DNA of 64,000 bases from positions 810 to 64,809 of the IMG/VR virus record IMGVR_UViG_3300048672_000282. One strand, written 5' to 3'. This document shows, in pieces, positions 63,651-64,000 of the stretch (positions within the stretch are counted from its first letter, which is position 1; each line of letters begins with the position of its first letter). The DNA is from a virus (lineage: Duplodnaviria; Caudoviricetes). Below the pieces are notes generated by a model. That model saw only the letters and a program-made list of their open reading frames with translations, had not been told where the DNA came from and ran no database searches. The position numbers and the translations under genes were made by a program.

Positions 63651-63908
63651 AGCGAGTGCAACCGTTTCGTGGTTGTAACGCGAAGTCCAGGCTTCACCTG
63701 CTTCGTCATAGGTTATTGCTGAACCTTCCGGCTTAACTACTGCCGCTCCAAAGCCATTAACCAGTTGATCTTCTTCAAACGCCTTTTTAGATGAATCCAT
63801 CTTAAAAACTTGTTTGTATTCTTCGGGGTAAGAGTTGTATTCTAGGCCCCAGACGGTATTTAAACCGTCTTGCAGTAATTTTGCAAACTGCGCTCTATTC
63901 ATAGCCAT
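63651..63908 (-). CDS. Major capsid protein, exon 1 (spliced product 301 aa)
   Basis: MAMNRAQFAKLLQDGLN..WGLEY, S.KAFEED....GFG.A.VKPEG..I.YD, RYNHETVALA. Confidence 0.9.
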
Positions 63909-63910
63909 GA

Positions 63911-64000
63911 CTAGATACCCCCTACGCCAGCGACAACACGAGACATAACATGCTCGGCTATCAACACTTCAACTACAGAATATGCCCCGGCAACATTAAC
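63911..64000 (-). CDS. C-terminus of the head protein upstream of the capsid gene, partial
   Basis: ...VNVAGAYSVVEVLIAEHVMSRVVAGVGGI-stop, ending 2 nt before the capsid ATG. Confidence 0.6.
   Translation of the reverse strand, partial: VNVAGAYSVVEVLIAEHVMSRVVAGVGGI

Overview
The window is almost the whole genome of a roughly 65-kb tailed dsDNA phage with a podovirus-like layout. It is linearised inside the head module, so both ends are partial head genes that probably join through a short unseen gap. Nearly all genes are on the minus strand. Head and packaging: terS, terL, portal, GroES-like co-chaperonin, scaffold, major capsid protein. Tail and ejection: adaptor, nozzle-like protein, fibres/spike, an 1827-aa repeat rod and a 4506-aa polyvalent protein. 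Replication and recombination: SF2 helicase, primase, SSB, ERF, exonuclease, RuvC-like nuclease, ParB-like protein. I found no integrase, DNA polymerase, endolysin, CRISPR array or canonical tRNA. The main surprises are: (1) a 251-nt group I intron with a full IA-type core splits the major capsid gene; (2) a perfect palindrome sits inside the ParB-like gene just before its HTH and recurs 16 kb away on a relic of a second parB; (3) the 1827-aa protein carries two co-expanded arrays of about 30 x 13 aa (Pro-rich) and about 30 x 25 aa (helical) that share a 6-unit super-period; (4) there is a layer of candidate RNA regulation, namely a tRNA-like element, an antisense sRNA over a holin leader ORF, two pseudoknotted three-way-junction leaders, and GNGA hairpins before late genes; (5) a direct-repeat-flanked ART-like cassette lies inside the polyvalent protein; (6) a methyltransferase/Maf-like fusion sits among the virion genes; (7) two genes are frameshifted (PAPS-reductase-like and HNH-AP2). 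All family assignments come from reading motifs by eye, not from database searches.
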